A stretch of DNA of 63,312 nucleotides, the filler included, from Chiloscyllium plagiosum (lineage: Eukaryota), in the NCBI RefSeq assembly GCF_004010195.1. It is 3 parts of one record of this genome, joined end to end, with 100 filler letters (N's around TTAATTAATTAA, not from the genome) between each part and the next. Parts side by side here need not be neighbours in the genome. Positions count along the whole stretch, not along the records: positions 1 to 30,029 come from NC_057712.1; positions 30,130 to 41,072 come from NC_057712.1; 1 more part is not named here. One strand, written 5' to 3'. Below, in pieces: positions 26,504 to 37,008 of the stretch. The position numbers and the translations under genes were made by a program. Numbering within the stretch: position 1 is the stretch's first letter; the number at the start of each line of letters is the position of its first letter. The notes under the pieces are model-generated. The model saw only the letters and a list, made by a program, of their open reading frames with translations. It was not told the origin of the DNA and made no database searches.

Positions 26504-27096
26504 CTACTCCCCGAACAGGTGCATGTCCAGACTCTCCCCCGGCCGTTCCCGAGGGGTTGGGTAGGGGAGGTGGAGGGGCTCTGCGTTCGTCTGCCAGTCG
26601 TATGGTCCCGGGCAGAAGAAGGGGTACACCCTCTCTGAAAAGTTGGCCACAAAGGTGTGGAGGTGCAGGCGCCTCTCTGCGTCGAAGAAGGACAGGCGCC
26701 CCTGACCATACCGCAGGTAGACTCCCACAACCGTAAGTTCCGGGCCCAGCTCCACTGGCTGGGGTGGGGGAGACCAATCCACCGCCTGGTACTCTGTCCT
26801 GCCCAGGCGGGACAGGCTCCAGTGCCCAGCGTTGGGTACCCCTCTCACCTTGGCCTTCCTGTTGACCGACTGGGTGGCTAGGCCCAGGTCCCAGGCCTCC
26901 TTGCGGCCTACCTCCACCTCCCAGTAGTGCTGGCCGGAGGAGAAGCCCCGTGAGGCCAGGACGCAGTGGCTGACCTGGAACCTCTCGGGGTTATCGAGGA
27001 CCCCTGCCTGGCGAGCTTCACCATCCTGGACGCTGGTCCCTGACTCCGTCAGGACCAGCCAGGGATTCGCTGTGTCCGGGTCCAGTGTCAGAGGGA
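26504..27096 (-). CDS. Butyrophilin-like gene, terminal B30.2 (PRY-SPRY) exon
   Basis: Acceptor ccacttcag|TC CCT CTG (phase 1). VPLTLDPDTANPWL...HYWEVEV...WDLGLA...VGVYLRYGQGRLSFFD...VYPFFCP...TAG. Open frame, 593 nt. Confidence 0.92.
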
Positions 27097-27794
27097 CTGA
27101 AGTGGAAGGGGGGGGAGGGGGATGGAGAGAGAGAGAGAAAATATGAAGGAAAATATTAGATACAAATTCACGGCGCACATCTTTTCTTTGTATAAAAACA
27201 GAAAACTGACAGAGCAACCATGAAATATCAGAATTAGGCCATTCAGCCCATCGAGTCTGCTCCGTCATTCGATCATGGCTGATATGTTTCTCAATCCCGT
27301 TCTACCCAGTTACCCTTGCTCCCCTTCACCAAACAGGCACCTCTCGGATCTCTGTTTTACATACACTCTCAAAGGCCTGGTTTCCACAGCCCTCTGTGGC
27401 AACGAGGCTACAGAGAACAGGAAGATCCCACTGTTGGTGCCCAATCTCGAAAGGCCGCTGCTTCCTCCAATCCACATGCCGGAGATTTACAGCACAGGCC
27501 TTAACGGTTATTAGAGAGCCTGCTTCTACCAGTCTGCCTCAGAATAGACCCCATCTTGACAACACTGTTGACCAGCTTACACAGGCACGATGGGCTGCAT
27601 GGCCTGACTCCGTACCATGTGTGATTCTGTGGACCGGCTACTTTTAAAAAACAAAATGCTGTCACCTCTGAACCTCATGTTGATTCTTTTGCAGATCGCC
27701 TGCAATTGGTGCCCTTTGGTCATTGACCCTCCTGGAATTCCAGGGCTCTTTTGTAACATTGCCTGCAATTCTGGTCTCCCTGCTACAGGAAGGG

Positions 27795-28056
27795 CGTTGT
27801 GAGACTTGAAAGGGTTTGGAAAAGATTGACAAGGATGTTGCCAGGGTTGGAGGGTCTGAGCTACAGGGAGAGGCTGAACAGGCTGGGGCTGTTTCCCCTG
27901 GAGCGTCGGAGGCTGAGGGGTGACCTTTTAGAGGTTTACAAAATGATGAGGGGCATGGACAGGGTAAATAGACAAAGTCTTTTCCCTGGGGTCGGGGAGT
28001 CCAGAACTAGAGGGTATAGGTTTAGGGTGAGAGGGGAAAGATATAAAAGAGACCTA
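27795..28056 (+). mobile_element. CR1/HER1 LINE fragment
   Basis: LERVWKRLTRMLPGLEGLSYRERL...RRLRGDL. Confidence 0.9.
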
Positions 28057-28482
28057 AAATGGGAACAGCGGTAGGCCAGTTGTCCCATCAAGCCTGTTCT
28101 GCCATTCACTATGATCACTGGCTGATCATCCGACACCGTATCCTGTTCTGCTTACACCCCCATTCCCTCTGATCCCTTCAGCGTTAACTATACCAAACTC
28201 CTTCTTAACAACACTCAATGTTTTGGCCTCTGCCACTATCCACAGCTTCCCCAATCTCTGGGTGAAGACTTTTGTCCTCATCTCAGTCCCGAACGGCCAG
28301 TCCCTTATCCTTAAACTGGGACCCCGCCCCCCCCCCAGCCCCACCCCGCCTCCCCTCCCCTCCCCGCCCCCTGGTTCTGGGCTGCTCTGGTCATAGGGAA
28401 CACCTTTCCTGGGTTCACCCTGTCTAGTCCTGGTTGAAGTTTGTTGGTTTCTATGGGAACCCCCTTCAACTTTTCTAGACTT

Positions 28483-30029
28483 CAACCCCAGGGCATCAAT
28501 GTGGATCTAACCCCAGGGCATCAATGTGGATCCAACCCCAGGGCATCAATGTGGAGGCAACCCCAGGGCATCAATGTGGATCTAACCCCAGGGCGTCAAT
28601 GTGGAGCCAACCCCAGGGCATCAATGTGGATCCAATCCCAGGGCATCAATGTGGAGCCAATCCCAGGGCATCAATGTGGATCTAACCCCAGGGCGTCAAT
28701 GTGGATCTAACCCCAGGGCATCAATGTGGATCTAACCCCAGGGCATCAATGTGGATCCAATCCCAGGGCATCAATGTGGATCTAACCCCAGGACATCAAT
28801 GTGGATCCAATCCCAGGGCATCAATGTGGATCTAACCCCAGGGCGTCAATGTGGATCTAACCCCAGGGCATCAATGTGGATCCAATCCCAGGGCATCAAT
28901 GTGGATCTAACCCCAGGGCATCAATGTGGAGCCAACCCCAGGGCGTCAATGTGGATCTAACCCCAGGGCATCAATGTGGAGCCAACCCCAGGGCGTCAAT
29001 GTGGATCTAACCCCAGGGCATCAATGTGGAGCCAACCCCAGGGCGTCAATGTGGATCTAACCCCAGGGCATCAATGTGGATCCAACCCCAGGGCATCAAT
29101 GTGGATCCAACCCCAGGGCATCAATGTGGATCCAACCCCAGGGCATCAATGTGGATCCAACCCCAGGGCATCAATGTGGATCCAACCCCAGGGCATCAAT
29201 GTGGATCCAACCCCAGGGCATCAATGTGGATCCAACCCCAGGGCATCAATGTGGATCCAACCCCAGGGCATCAATGTGGATCCAACCCCAGGGCATCAAT
29301 GTGGATCCAACCCCAGGGCATCAATGTGGATCCAACCCCAGGGCATCAATGTGGATCCAACCCCAGGGCATCAATGTGGATCTAACCCCAGGACATCAAT
29401 GTGGATCCAATCCCAGGGCATCAATGTGGATCTAACCCCAGGACATCAATGTGGATCCAATCCCAGGGCATCAATGTGGATCTAACCCCAGGACATCAAT
29501 GTGGATCCAATCCCAGGGCATCAATGTGGATCTAACCCCAGGACATCAATGTGGATCCAATCCCAGGGCATCAATGTGGATCTAACCCCAGGACATCAAT
29601 GTGGATCCAATCCCAGGGCATCAATGTGGATCTAACCCCAGGACATCAATGTGGATCCAATCCCAGGGCATCAATGTGGATCTAACCCCAGGACATCAAT
29701 GTGGATCCAATCCCAGGGCATCAATGTGGATCTAACCCCAGGACATCAATGTGGATCCAATCCCAGGGCATCAATGTGGATCTAACCCCAGGACATCAAT
29801 GTGGATCCAATCCCAGGGCATCAATGTGGATCTAACCCCAGGACATCAATGTGGATCCAATCCCAGGGCATCAATGTGGATCTAACCCCAGGACATCAAT
29901 GTGGATCCAATCCCAGGGCATCAATGTGGATCTAACCCCAGGACATCAATGTGGATCCAATCCCAGGGCATCAATGTGGATCTAACCCCAGGGCGTCAAT
30001 GTGGATCTAACCCCAGGGCATCAATGTGG
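28483..30029. repeat. 25-bp minisatellite (about 60 units), runs into a gap
   Basis: Unit aaccccagggcatcaatgtggatcc with point variants. Confidence 0.97.
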
Positions 30030-30129
30030 NNNNNNNNNNNNNNNNNNNNNNNNNNNNNNNNNNNNNNNNNNNNTTAATTAATTAANNNNNNNNNNNNNNN
30101 NNNNNNNNNNNNNNNNNNNNNNNNNNNNN
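30030..30129. other. Assembly spacer (44 N + TTAATTAATTAA + 44 N); second copy at 41073-41172
   Basis: Identical 100-nt construct at two places. TTAATTAATTAA has stops in all six frames, consistent with an artificial contig-join linker. Confidence 0.9.
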
Positions 30130-30330
30130 TATGCTGCTTTCTCCCCACCCCCACCCTCCTCTCATTTATCTCTCCACCCTTCAGGCTCTCTGCCTCTATT
30201 CCTGATGAAGGACTTTTGCCCGAAGCGTCGATTTTCCTGCTCCTCGGATGCTGCCTGACCTGCTGTGCTTTTCCAGCACCACTCTGATCTAGGATCTGGT
30301 TTCCAGCATCTGCAGTCCTTGTTTTTACCT
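30130..30330 (+). mobile_element. Penelope-terminus-derived short element with degenerate hammerhead core
   Basis: CT-rich tract, then cCTGATGAaggacttttgcccGAAGcGTCg and the conserved downstream segment shared with 46770-46880. Confidence 0.6.
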
Positions 30331-31945
30331 CCACTTGAAAATAGTCCCAAATGATTTCAGTCTCTCTCCACACGTCAACGCTGCCATCCCAGGAAGCAGT
30401 GTGGTAAACTTCTCTTGCACTCCCTCTATAGCCAGAATATCCTTAGACTGAAACTGTGCACGTGCTCTCACACACACACACACACCTCTAATGGACAGCA
30501 ACCTCCCTGGTCCCTGGTGTGATGAGGCAGCAGTGCTAACCACCAAGCGGCCGTGCTGCCCTGGATCTGTCCTCAAACGTTTTGTTACAGCACCCAGGAG
30601 CTCCTTCGGCCCATTGTGTCTCTGCACTGGCCCATCTATTCTAACCCCTGTTGTCCAGCACTCGGTCCCCCCTTGGCCATTGCAGATCATGGTTGAATTT
30701 CTTTTCGATTTGTTCTCAGGATGTGGGCATCGCCAGCGAGGGCTGACATCGCTGCCCGTCCCTCACAGACCTTGGGAAGGAGGGATGTGTTAGCACTGGA
30801 GGGGGTCCAGAGGGGGATTGACCAGGCCTGGAGAGTCTCAGTCATGAAGGGAGATTGGACAGACTGGACTGCAGCACAGGCTGTTCGGCCCATCTGAGGT
30901 GGTCAGAAGCCAGCATCTAACAGGAGCAGAGGAGACCGAGAGGGGCCATGATGGAGATGAACACAATTATGGGAGTAGAGACAGGGTAGAGAGGAACAAG
31001 CCTGCCCCTCCTCCCTCCGCCTTGATGGAGGGATTAATGACCGAGGAAGGCAGATTTATGGGGTAAAAGGTTTAGACCACACGAGGAAAATGTTTTTCAC
31101 CCAGACAATGGTTGGAACAATGAAGGAGGAGTTAGACATGCACCTTGGGGATTCCAAGGTATGGGCCAAGGGCTGGGAGGTGGGATTAGGATTGTGAGGT
31201 GCTTGCTCCTGACTGGCACAGATGGGCCAAAGGGCCAGCGCTGCAGACCTGGATGACCATAAGGTGGCTCTGAGACACCTTCTCAAATGGGTTGGACATC
31301 CCACTTGGTCATGTCCCAGTGGGCTTTAAACACCAACCACGTGACCAAAGAATTCCCTGCATTGTGGAAAAGGGCCCTTCCGCCCAGACCCACTCCCCCG
31401 CCCTAATTCTCTACACTTACCCCTAACCTCCACATCCCTGTACACTAGAGGCAATTTAGCATGGCCAATCCACCCTAAGCTGCACATCTTTGGACTGTGG
31501 GAGGAAACCGGAGCACCCGGAGGAAACCCACGCAGCCACGGGTTGCTGTGGGTCTGGAGACACATCGAGGACAGAACCTAGATGGCAGATTTCCTTTCCC
31601 AAAACAGGGGGATTTCGTGATTCTTTACTGGGATTTTCTGTTTTAAAAAAAAGAATCTTGTCATTAATCGAATTGAAATGTCCTCCAGTCGCTGTGGTGG
31701 GATTAGAACACCTGCTTGCAGAAAGGTGGCCCGGGACTTGGAAATTTCCAGGTCAGTCACACAGCCACCACGCTAGGTGTGTTCCCTGAGGTGAGAAGGG
31801 TACAGACCAGAGTCTCTCCTTTGCGAGGTGACCAGCTCTCCCCCTCCCTAACATCACAGCAAAGCAATACGCATGAACCCAGAGCAGATATCTCCCCCCC
31901 TCCCTGTGCCTCACTCACTCAGTTCGAACAGATTCCACCACTCAC

Positions 31946-31972
31946 CTGCATAACTCTGAATCCTACTCCATT
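31946..31972 (-). CDS. Butyrophilin-like gene, 27-nt pre-B30.2 exon
   Basis: gtcttgcag|AATGGAGTAGGATTCAGAGTTATGCAG|gtgagt. Phase 1-1, encodes (E)WSRIQSYA. Matches the short 27-nt exon that precedes B30.2 in butyrophilins. Confidence 0.85.
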
Positions 31973-32090
31973 CTGCAAGACAGAATTTAAAACAATTAAA
32001 TAAAATCAACATCGCCCTGGGTCACTTACAGCCGTTCTAAAGCCAGCTGCGCAACAAGGTGGATTTATCAGAAACGTGAACAAATCTTAC

Positions 32091-32129
32091 CTGCCTCACT
32101 AACACGGAACTGAGCCCGAGGAAGAAAGT
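32091..32129 (-). CDS. Butyrophilin-like gene, 39-nt linker exon
   Basis: Long pyrimidine tract, gtttgcag|ACTTTCTT...GAGGCAG|gtaaga. Phase 1-1, encodes (D)FLPRAQFRVSEA. Confidence 0.82.
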
Positions 32130-32694
32130 CTGCAAACATTGACAAAGAGAAAAAGAAAGTGTTAATGAGCTCTGTTGTGATGAGCAGTCAGCCAGATACC
32201 AACTTCAGGCGGCATGTTTCAGACCAGCCGGACAAGGTCAGAGGTCACACCAGCTTGCAGCCCAACAGGTTTATTTAAAATCACAAGCTGCTCCTTCGTT
32301 CTGAGAAAATAGATTTACAAATTTGGAGTCTCATTCCTTCAAATGTCAGTGATTGTTCAAAAATCTGAACCAACATTGAAATCTTTTTCTCATTTTTAAA
32401 ATTTCACTCTCTTACTCATCTCTCTTAATGTTACTCTTTCCATTTATTTTGTGTTCTGTACATAATTAGGTATTGAATTACATATTTCAGCTCCCATCAG
32501 ATTGAGCTCCTGTATGTACCTCACTGGTGATTTCCCTGTCTGGCTGTTGCTTGTATTTCACAAGCTATCACTACTTGCTGTCAAAACTCCCTCCAAACAG
32601 TCACCGCCTGCACCGAAGCCCTTTCAAAGTCTGTGACAGCTAAAAGGACAGTGAACAGCAAATACTGTCACTGGTGGCTCTCAGCTGTTTGTCA

Positions 32695-33113
32695 GGACAG
32701 TGTAGAGAGAGCTTTACTCTCCATCTAACCCCATGCTGTCCCTGTCCTGGGAGTGTTTGATGGGGACAGTGTAGAGGAGCTTTACCCTCTATCTAACCTC
32801 ATGCTGTCCCTGTCCTGGGAGTGTTTGATCGGGGACAGTATAGAGGGAGCTTTACTCTGTATCTAACCCCGTGCTGTCCCTGTCCTGGGAGTGTTTGATG
32901 GGGACAGTGTAGAGGAGCTTTACTCTCTATCTAACCTCATGCTGTCCCTGTCCTGGGAGTGTTTGATGGGGGACAGTGTAGAGGGAGCTTTACTCTGTAT
33001 TGAACCCCATGCTGTCCCTGTCCTGGGAGTGTTTGATGGGGTCAGTGTAGAGGGAGCTTTACTCTGTATCTATCCCTGTGCTGTCCCTGTCCTGGGTGTG
33101 TTTGGTAGAGGGA
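32695..33113. repeat. About 69-bp tandem repeat (about 6 units); related dispersed copies at about 8275-8510 and 20205-20270
   Basis: ggacagtgtagagggagctttactctgtatctaaccccgtgctgtccctgtcctgggagtgtttgatgg recurring every 69-70 nt. Confidence 0.93.
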
Positions 33114-33409
33114 CATTTCAAAGTGTACAGCTGGCTTTACTCCATTCCTACCCCGGTACTCTACCTGTCTTAGGCATGTTAGATGGGGACAGGGGACAGG
33201 ACAGTGTACTGTCAGTGTAAAAGATTATATGGAGCTTTACTCTGTGTGTACACGTCCTGTATGTGCTCCATGCTAACCCTGGGTGTCTGAAATGGGAAAA
33301 TATTCCATATGCTGCACCAACACCCCCTCACCGAATGAGCGACCAATTTGCAGACAGGAACTCTGTTAGAGAAGCCCAGCGTTAAGCTGGGAAAGTCGCA
33401 CTAACTGAC

Positions 33410-33694
33410 CATTCACACGCCCAGTCGCCACCTCTTTGACATTGTTGAGAGAGTTGTGGATGATGCAGGTCACAGCTGATGGAATGTCTCCAGTTGCCTG
33501 ATACTGGACCTTCACATCGTACAGCTGCTGCTTGCCTCTGCCCCTGGCCACTGTTGACTGAGGTAGCAGGTTCCTCCCATCGCTGTCCTTCCAGACGACG
33601 TCAGGCTCGGGGAACCAGCCCTCGGACTGGCAGGTGTACTCGAAGCTGTTGGTGCTAAGCTGCCTTATCGATAAACTCGGTTTGGTCCCAACAG
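33410..33694 (-). CDS. Butyrophilin/B7-family IgC (C2-type) domain exon; upstream exons not visible
   Basis: ttttatcag|CT GTT GGG...AAT G|gtcagt. 285 nt, phase 1-1. VGTKPSLSI...YTCQSEGWFPEPDVVWKD...LYDV...VTCIIHNSL contains the BTN/B7 C-x-S-x-GW(F/Y)PxP-xxxW signature and both Ig cysteines. Confidence 0.9.
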
Positions 33695-34809
33695 CTGATA
33701 AAAGAAGAACACAGTTGACTCAGTCCAAACCTCCTCAAAATATCTCAAGGAGATCGAGTAGACCCTCACCTCTCCATTTTATTCAGAAGCTGTGTTGCAG
33801 ATGTGATTCGATTGGTCCACTATTAGGCTTTAAACAAAACATACTTTCTTCTTCCAATGCAGTTCAAAGATAGACAAGGACTGGCATAACTTTATGTATA
33901 TTTCAATACCAGCTAACATATTATTTAATGACACATTCTCCTATAACACGTGTCCCGTCAATGCGATTTGGCTGTAATGTGATTGGTGAATTGTTTGTTT
34001 TTTAAAAAAATGCAACCTCCTGTTGGTTTTTCTGCAGTTCCATCCCCGGTTACCTTCAGTCCACTCAAGGTGTTTACTTCTGTAAGCTCCTGTGGCTCTG
34101 TACACTCCCTCATTGGGAAATCACCTCCACGTTCCCACAAACTGCTCCAGATCAGACCATTNNNNNNNNNNNNNNNNNNNNNNNNNNNNNNNNNNNNNNN
34201 NNNNNNNNNNNNNNNNNNNNNNNNNNNNNNNNNNNNNNNNNNNNNNNNNNNNNNNNNNNNNNNNNNNNNNNNNNNNNNNNNNNNNNNNNNNNNNNNNNNN
34301 NNNNNNNNNNNNNNNNNNNNNNNNNNNNNNNNNNNNNNNNNNNNNNNNNNNNNNNNNNNNNNNNNNNNNNNNNNNNNNNNNNNNNNNNNNNNNNNNNNNN
34401 NNNNNNNNNNNNNNNNNNNNNNNNNNNNNNNNNNNNNNNNNNNNNNNNNNNNNNNNNNNNNNNNNNNNNNNNNNNNNNNNNNNNNNNNNNNNNNNNNNNN
34501 NNNNNNNNNNNNNNNNNNNNNNNNNNNNNNNNNNNNNNNNNNNNNNNNNNNNNNNNNNNNNNNNNNNNNNNNNNNNNNNNNNNNNNNNNNNNNNNNNNNN
34601 NNNNNNNNNNNNNNNNNNNNNNNNNNNNNNNNNNNNNNNNNNNNNNNNNNNNNNNNNNNNNACTCCCCTCAGACTCCCCTCCGAGGGACTGCCCTCCGAG
34701 GGGCTCTGTGTTGGGTCTGTCCTGAGGCCCTCTGCCCTGGGACGTGCTGAGGGTGTCTTGGTACACGATAGAAAATGGTGATTGACCCAAAGGGAAGGAT
34801 AGCTCTCAC

Positions 34810-35004
34810 CTGGACGGGGAGGAAGAGAATCTCCGGCATTTCCGAATATCGCTGACCCACACTGGAATCCTGCAGCACCTGGTTCCCATGGTCCCAGCAG
34901 GCGCCATCCAAATACAGGCCCAAAAGGAAAGCCCCACTGTCAGGGGGCGCAGGGTCGTGGGTACGGGCACGCTCAGGGTCAGGGTCAGGGTCAGGGTCAG
35001 GGTG
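34810..35004 (-). CDS. DNAH14: Axonemal dynein heavy chain C-terminal domain exon (DNAH14-like)
   Basis: ttttcacag|CAC...GTC CAG|gtgaga. 195 nt, phase 0-0. Encodes GAFLLGLYLDGACWD...LQDS...MPEILFLP, the dynein C-terminal G(L/V)(Y/F)L(D/E)GAxW motif. Confidence 0.85.
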
Positions 35005-35049
35005 CTGTGAAAAAGCCACATCAAAGGGAATCAGACAGCAGTGCAAGAC

Positions 35050-37006
35050 CCGCATCACTCTTCCCAGTAACCCCTGACCTTTACCCTGGGTAAACACCCT
35101 CACCCTGCCCAGTAACCCCTGACCCCTACCCTGGGTAAACATCTTCACTCTGCCCAGTAACCCCTGACCCCTACCCTGGGTAAACACCCTCACTCTGCCC
35201 AGTAACCCCTGACCCATACCCTGGGTAAACACCCTCACCCTCCCCAGTAATCCCCGACCCCTACCCTGGGTAAACACCCTCACCCTCCGCAGTAACCCCT
35301 GACCCATACCCTGGTAAAACATCCTCACTCTGCCCAGTAACCCCTGACCCTTATCCTGGGTAAACACCCTCACCATGCCCAGTAACCCTTGACCCTTACC
35401 CTGGGTAAACATCCTCACCCTGCCCAGTAACCCCTGACCTTTACCCTGGGTAAACACCCTCACCCTGCCCAGTAACCCCTGACACTTACACTGGGTAAAG
35501 ACCCTCTTCCTGCCCAGTAACACCTGATCCCTACCCTGGGTAAACACCGTCACCCTCACCCTATCTAGTAACCCCTGATCCCTACCCTGGGTAAACACCC
35601 TAATCCTGCCCAATAAACCCCTGACTCCTACCCTGGGTAAACACCCTCACCCTGTCTAGTAACCCCTGACCCCTACCCTGGGTAAACATCCTCATCCTGC
35701 CCAGTAACCCCTGACCCCTACACTGGGTAAACACCCTCACCCTGCCCAGTAACCCCTGACCCTTAACCTGGGTAAACACCCTCACCCTGCTCAGTAACCC
35801 CTGAACCCTACCCTGGGTAAACATCCTCACCCTGCCCAGTAACCCCTGACCCCTACCCTGGGTAAACATCCTCACCCTGCCCAGTAACCCCTGATTCCTA
35901 CCCTGGGTAAACTCCCTCACCCAGCCCAGTAACCCCTGATCCCTACCCTGGGTAAACACCCTCACCCTGCCCAGAAACCCCTGAATCCTACCCTGGGTAA
36001 ACATCCTCACCCAGCCCAGTAACCCTGATCCCTACCCTGGGTAAACACCCTCACTCTGCCCAGAAACCCCTGAGCCCTACCCTGGGTAAACATCCTCACC
36101 CTGCCCAGTAACCCCTGATCCCTACCCTGGGTAAACACCCTCACCCTGCCCAGTAACCCCTGATCCCCACCCTGGGTAAACACCCTCATCCTGCCCAATA
36201 AACCCCTGATCCATACCCTGGGTAAACACCCTCACCCTGCCCAGTAACCCCTGAAACCTACCCTGGGTAAACATCCTCACCCTGCCCAGTAATCCTTGAC
36301 CCCTGCCCTGGGTAAACACCCTCATCCTGCCCAGTAACCTCTGATCCTGACCCTGGGTAAACACCCTCACCCTGCCCAGTAACCCCTGACCCATACCCTG
36401 GGTAAACACCCTCACCCTGCACAGTAACCCCTGACCCATACCCTGGGTAAACATCCTCACCCTGCCCAGTAACCCCTGAAACCTACACTGGGTAAACACC
36501 CTCACCCTGCCCAGTAACCCCTGACGCCTTCCCTGGGTAAACATCCTCATCCTGCCCAGTAACCCCTATTTCCTACCCAGGGTAAACATCCTCACCCTGC
36601 CCAGTAACCCCTGATCCCTACCCTGGGTAAACACCCTCATCCTGCCCAATAAACCCTTGACCCCTACCCTGGGTAAACACCCTCACCCTGCATAGTAACT
36701 CCTGACCCCTTCCCTGGGTAAACATCCTCATCCTGCCCAGTAACCCCTATTTCCTACCCTGGGTAAACATCCTCACCCTGCCCAGTAACCCCTGATCCCT
36801 ACCCTGGGTAAACACCCTCATCCTGCCCATTAAACCCCTGACCCCTACCCTGGGTAAACACCCTCACCCTGCCCAGTAACTCCTGATCCCTACTCTGGGT
36901 AAATACCCTCACCCTGCCCAATAACCCCTGATCCCTACCCTGGGTAAATACCCTCATCCTGCCCAATAAACCCCTGACCCCTACCCTGGGCAAACATTCT
37001 CACCCT
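35050..37006. repeat. 45-bp minisatellite (about 43 units)
   Basis: Unit cccagtaacccctgacccctaccctgggtaaacaccctcaccctg. Confidence 0.97.
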
Positions 37007-37008
37007 GA

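Noticed and set aside
30074..30085. TTAATTAATTAA palindrome (also 41117-41128) as a biological motif
   Set aside because: Centred in identical 100-nt N spacers; an artificial scaffolding linker.
33366..33409. Read-through of the IgC exon (GQLVRLSQLNAGLL*) as a membrane anchor
   Set aside because: Too short and polar for a TM helix; a canonical donor and in-phase downstream exons exist.
33694..34810. Direct dynein-butyrophilin fusion by splicing
   Set aside because: The dynein exon ends in phase 0 and the IgC exon starts in phase 1; an assembly gap intervenes.
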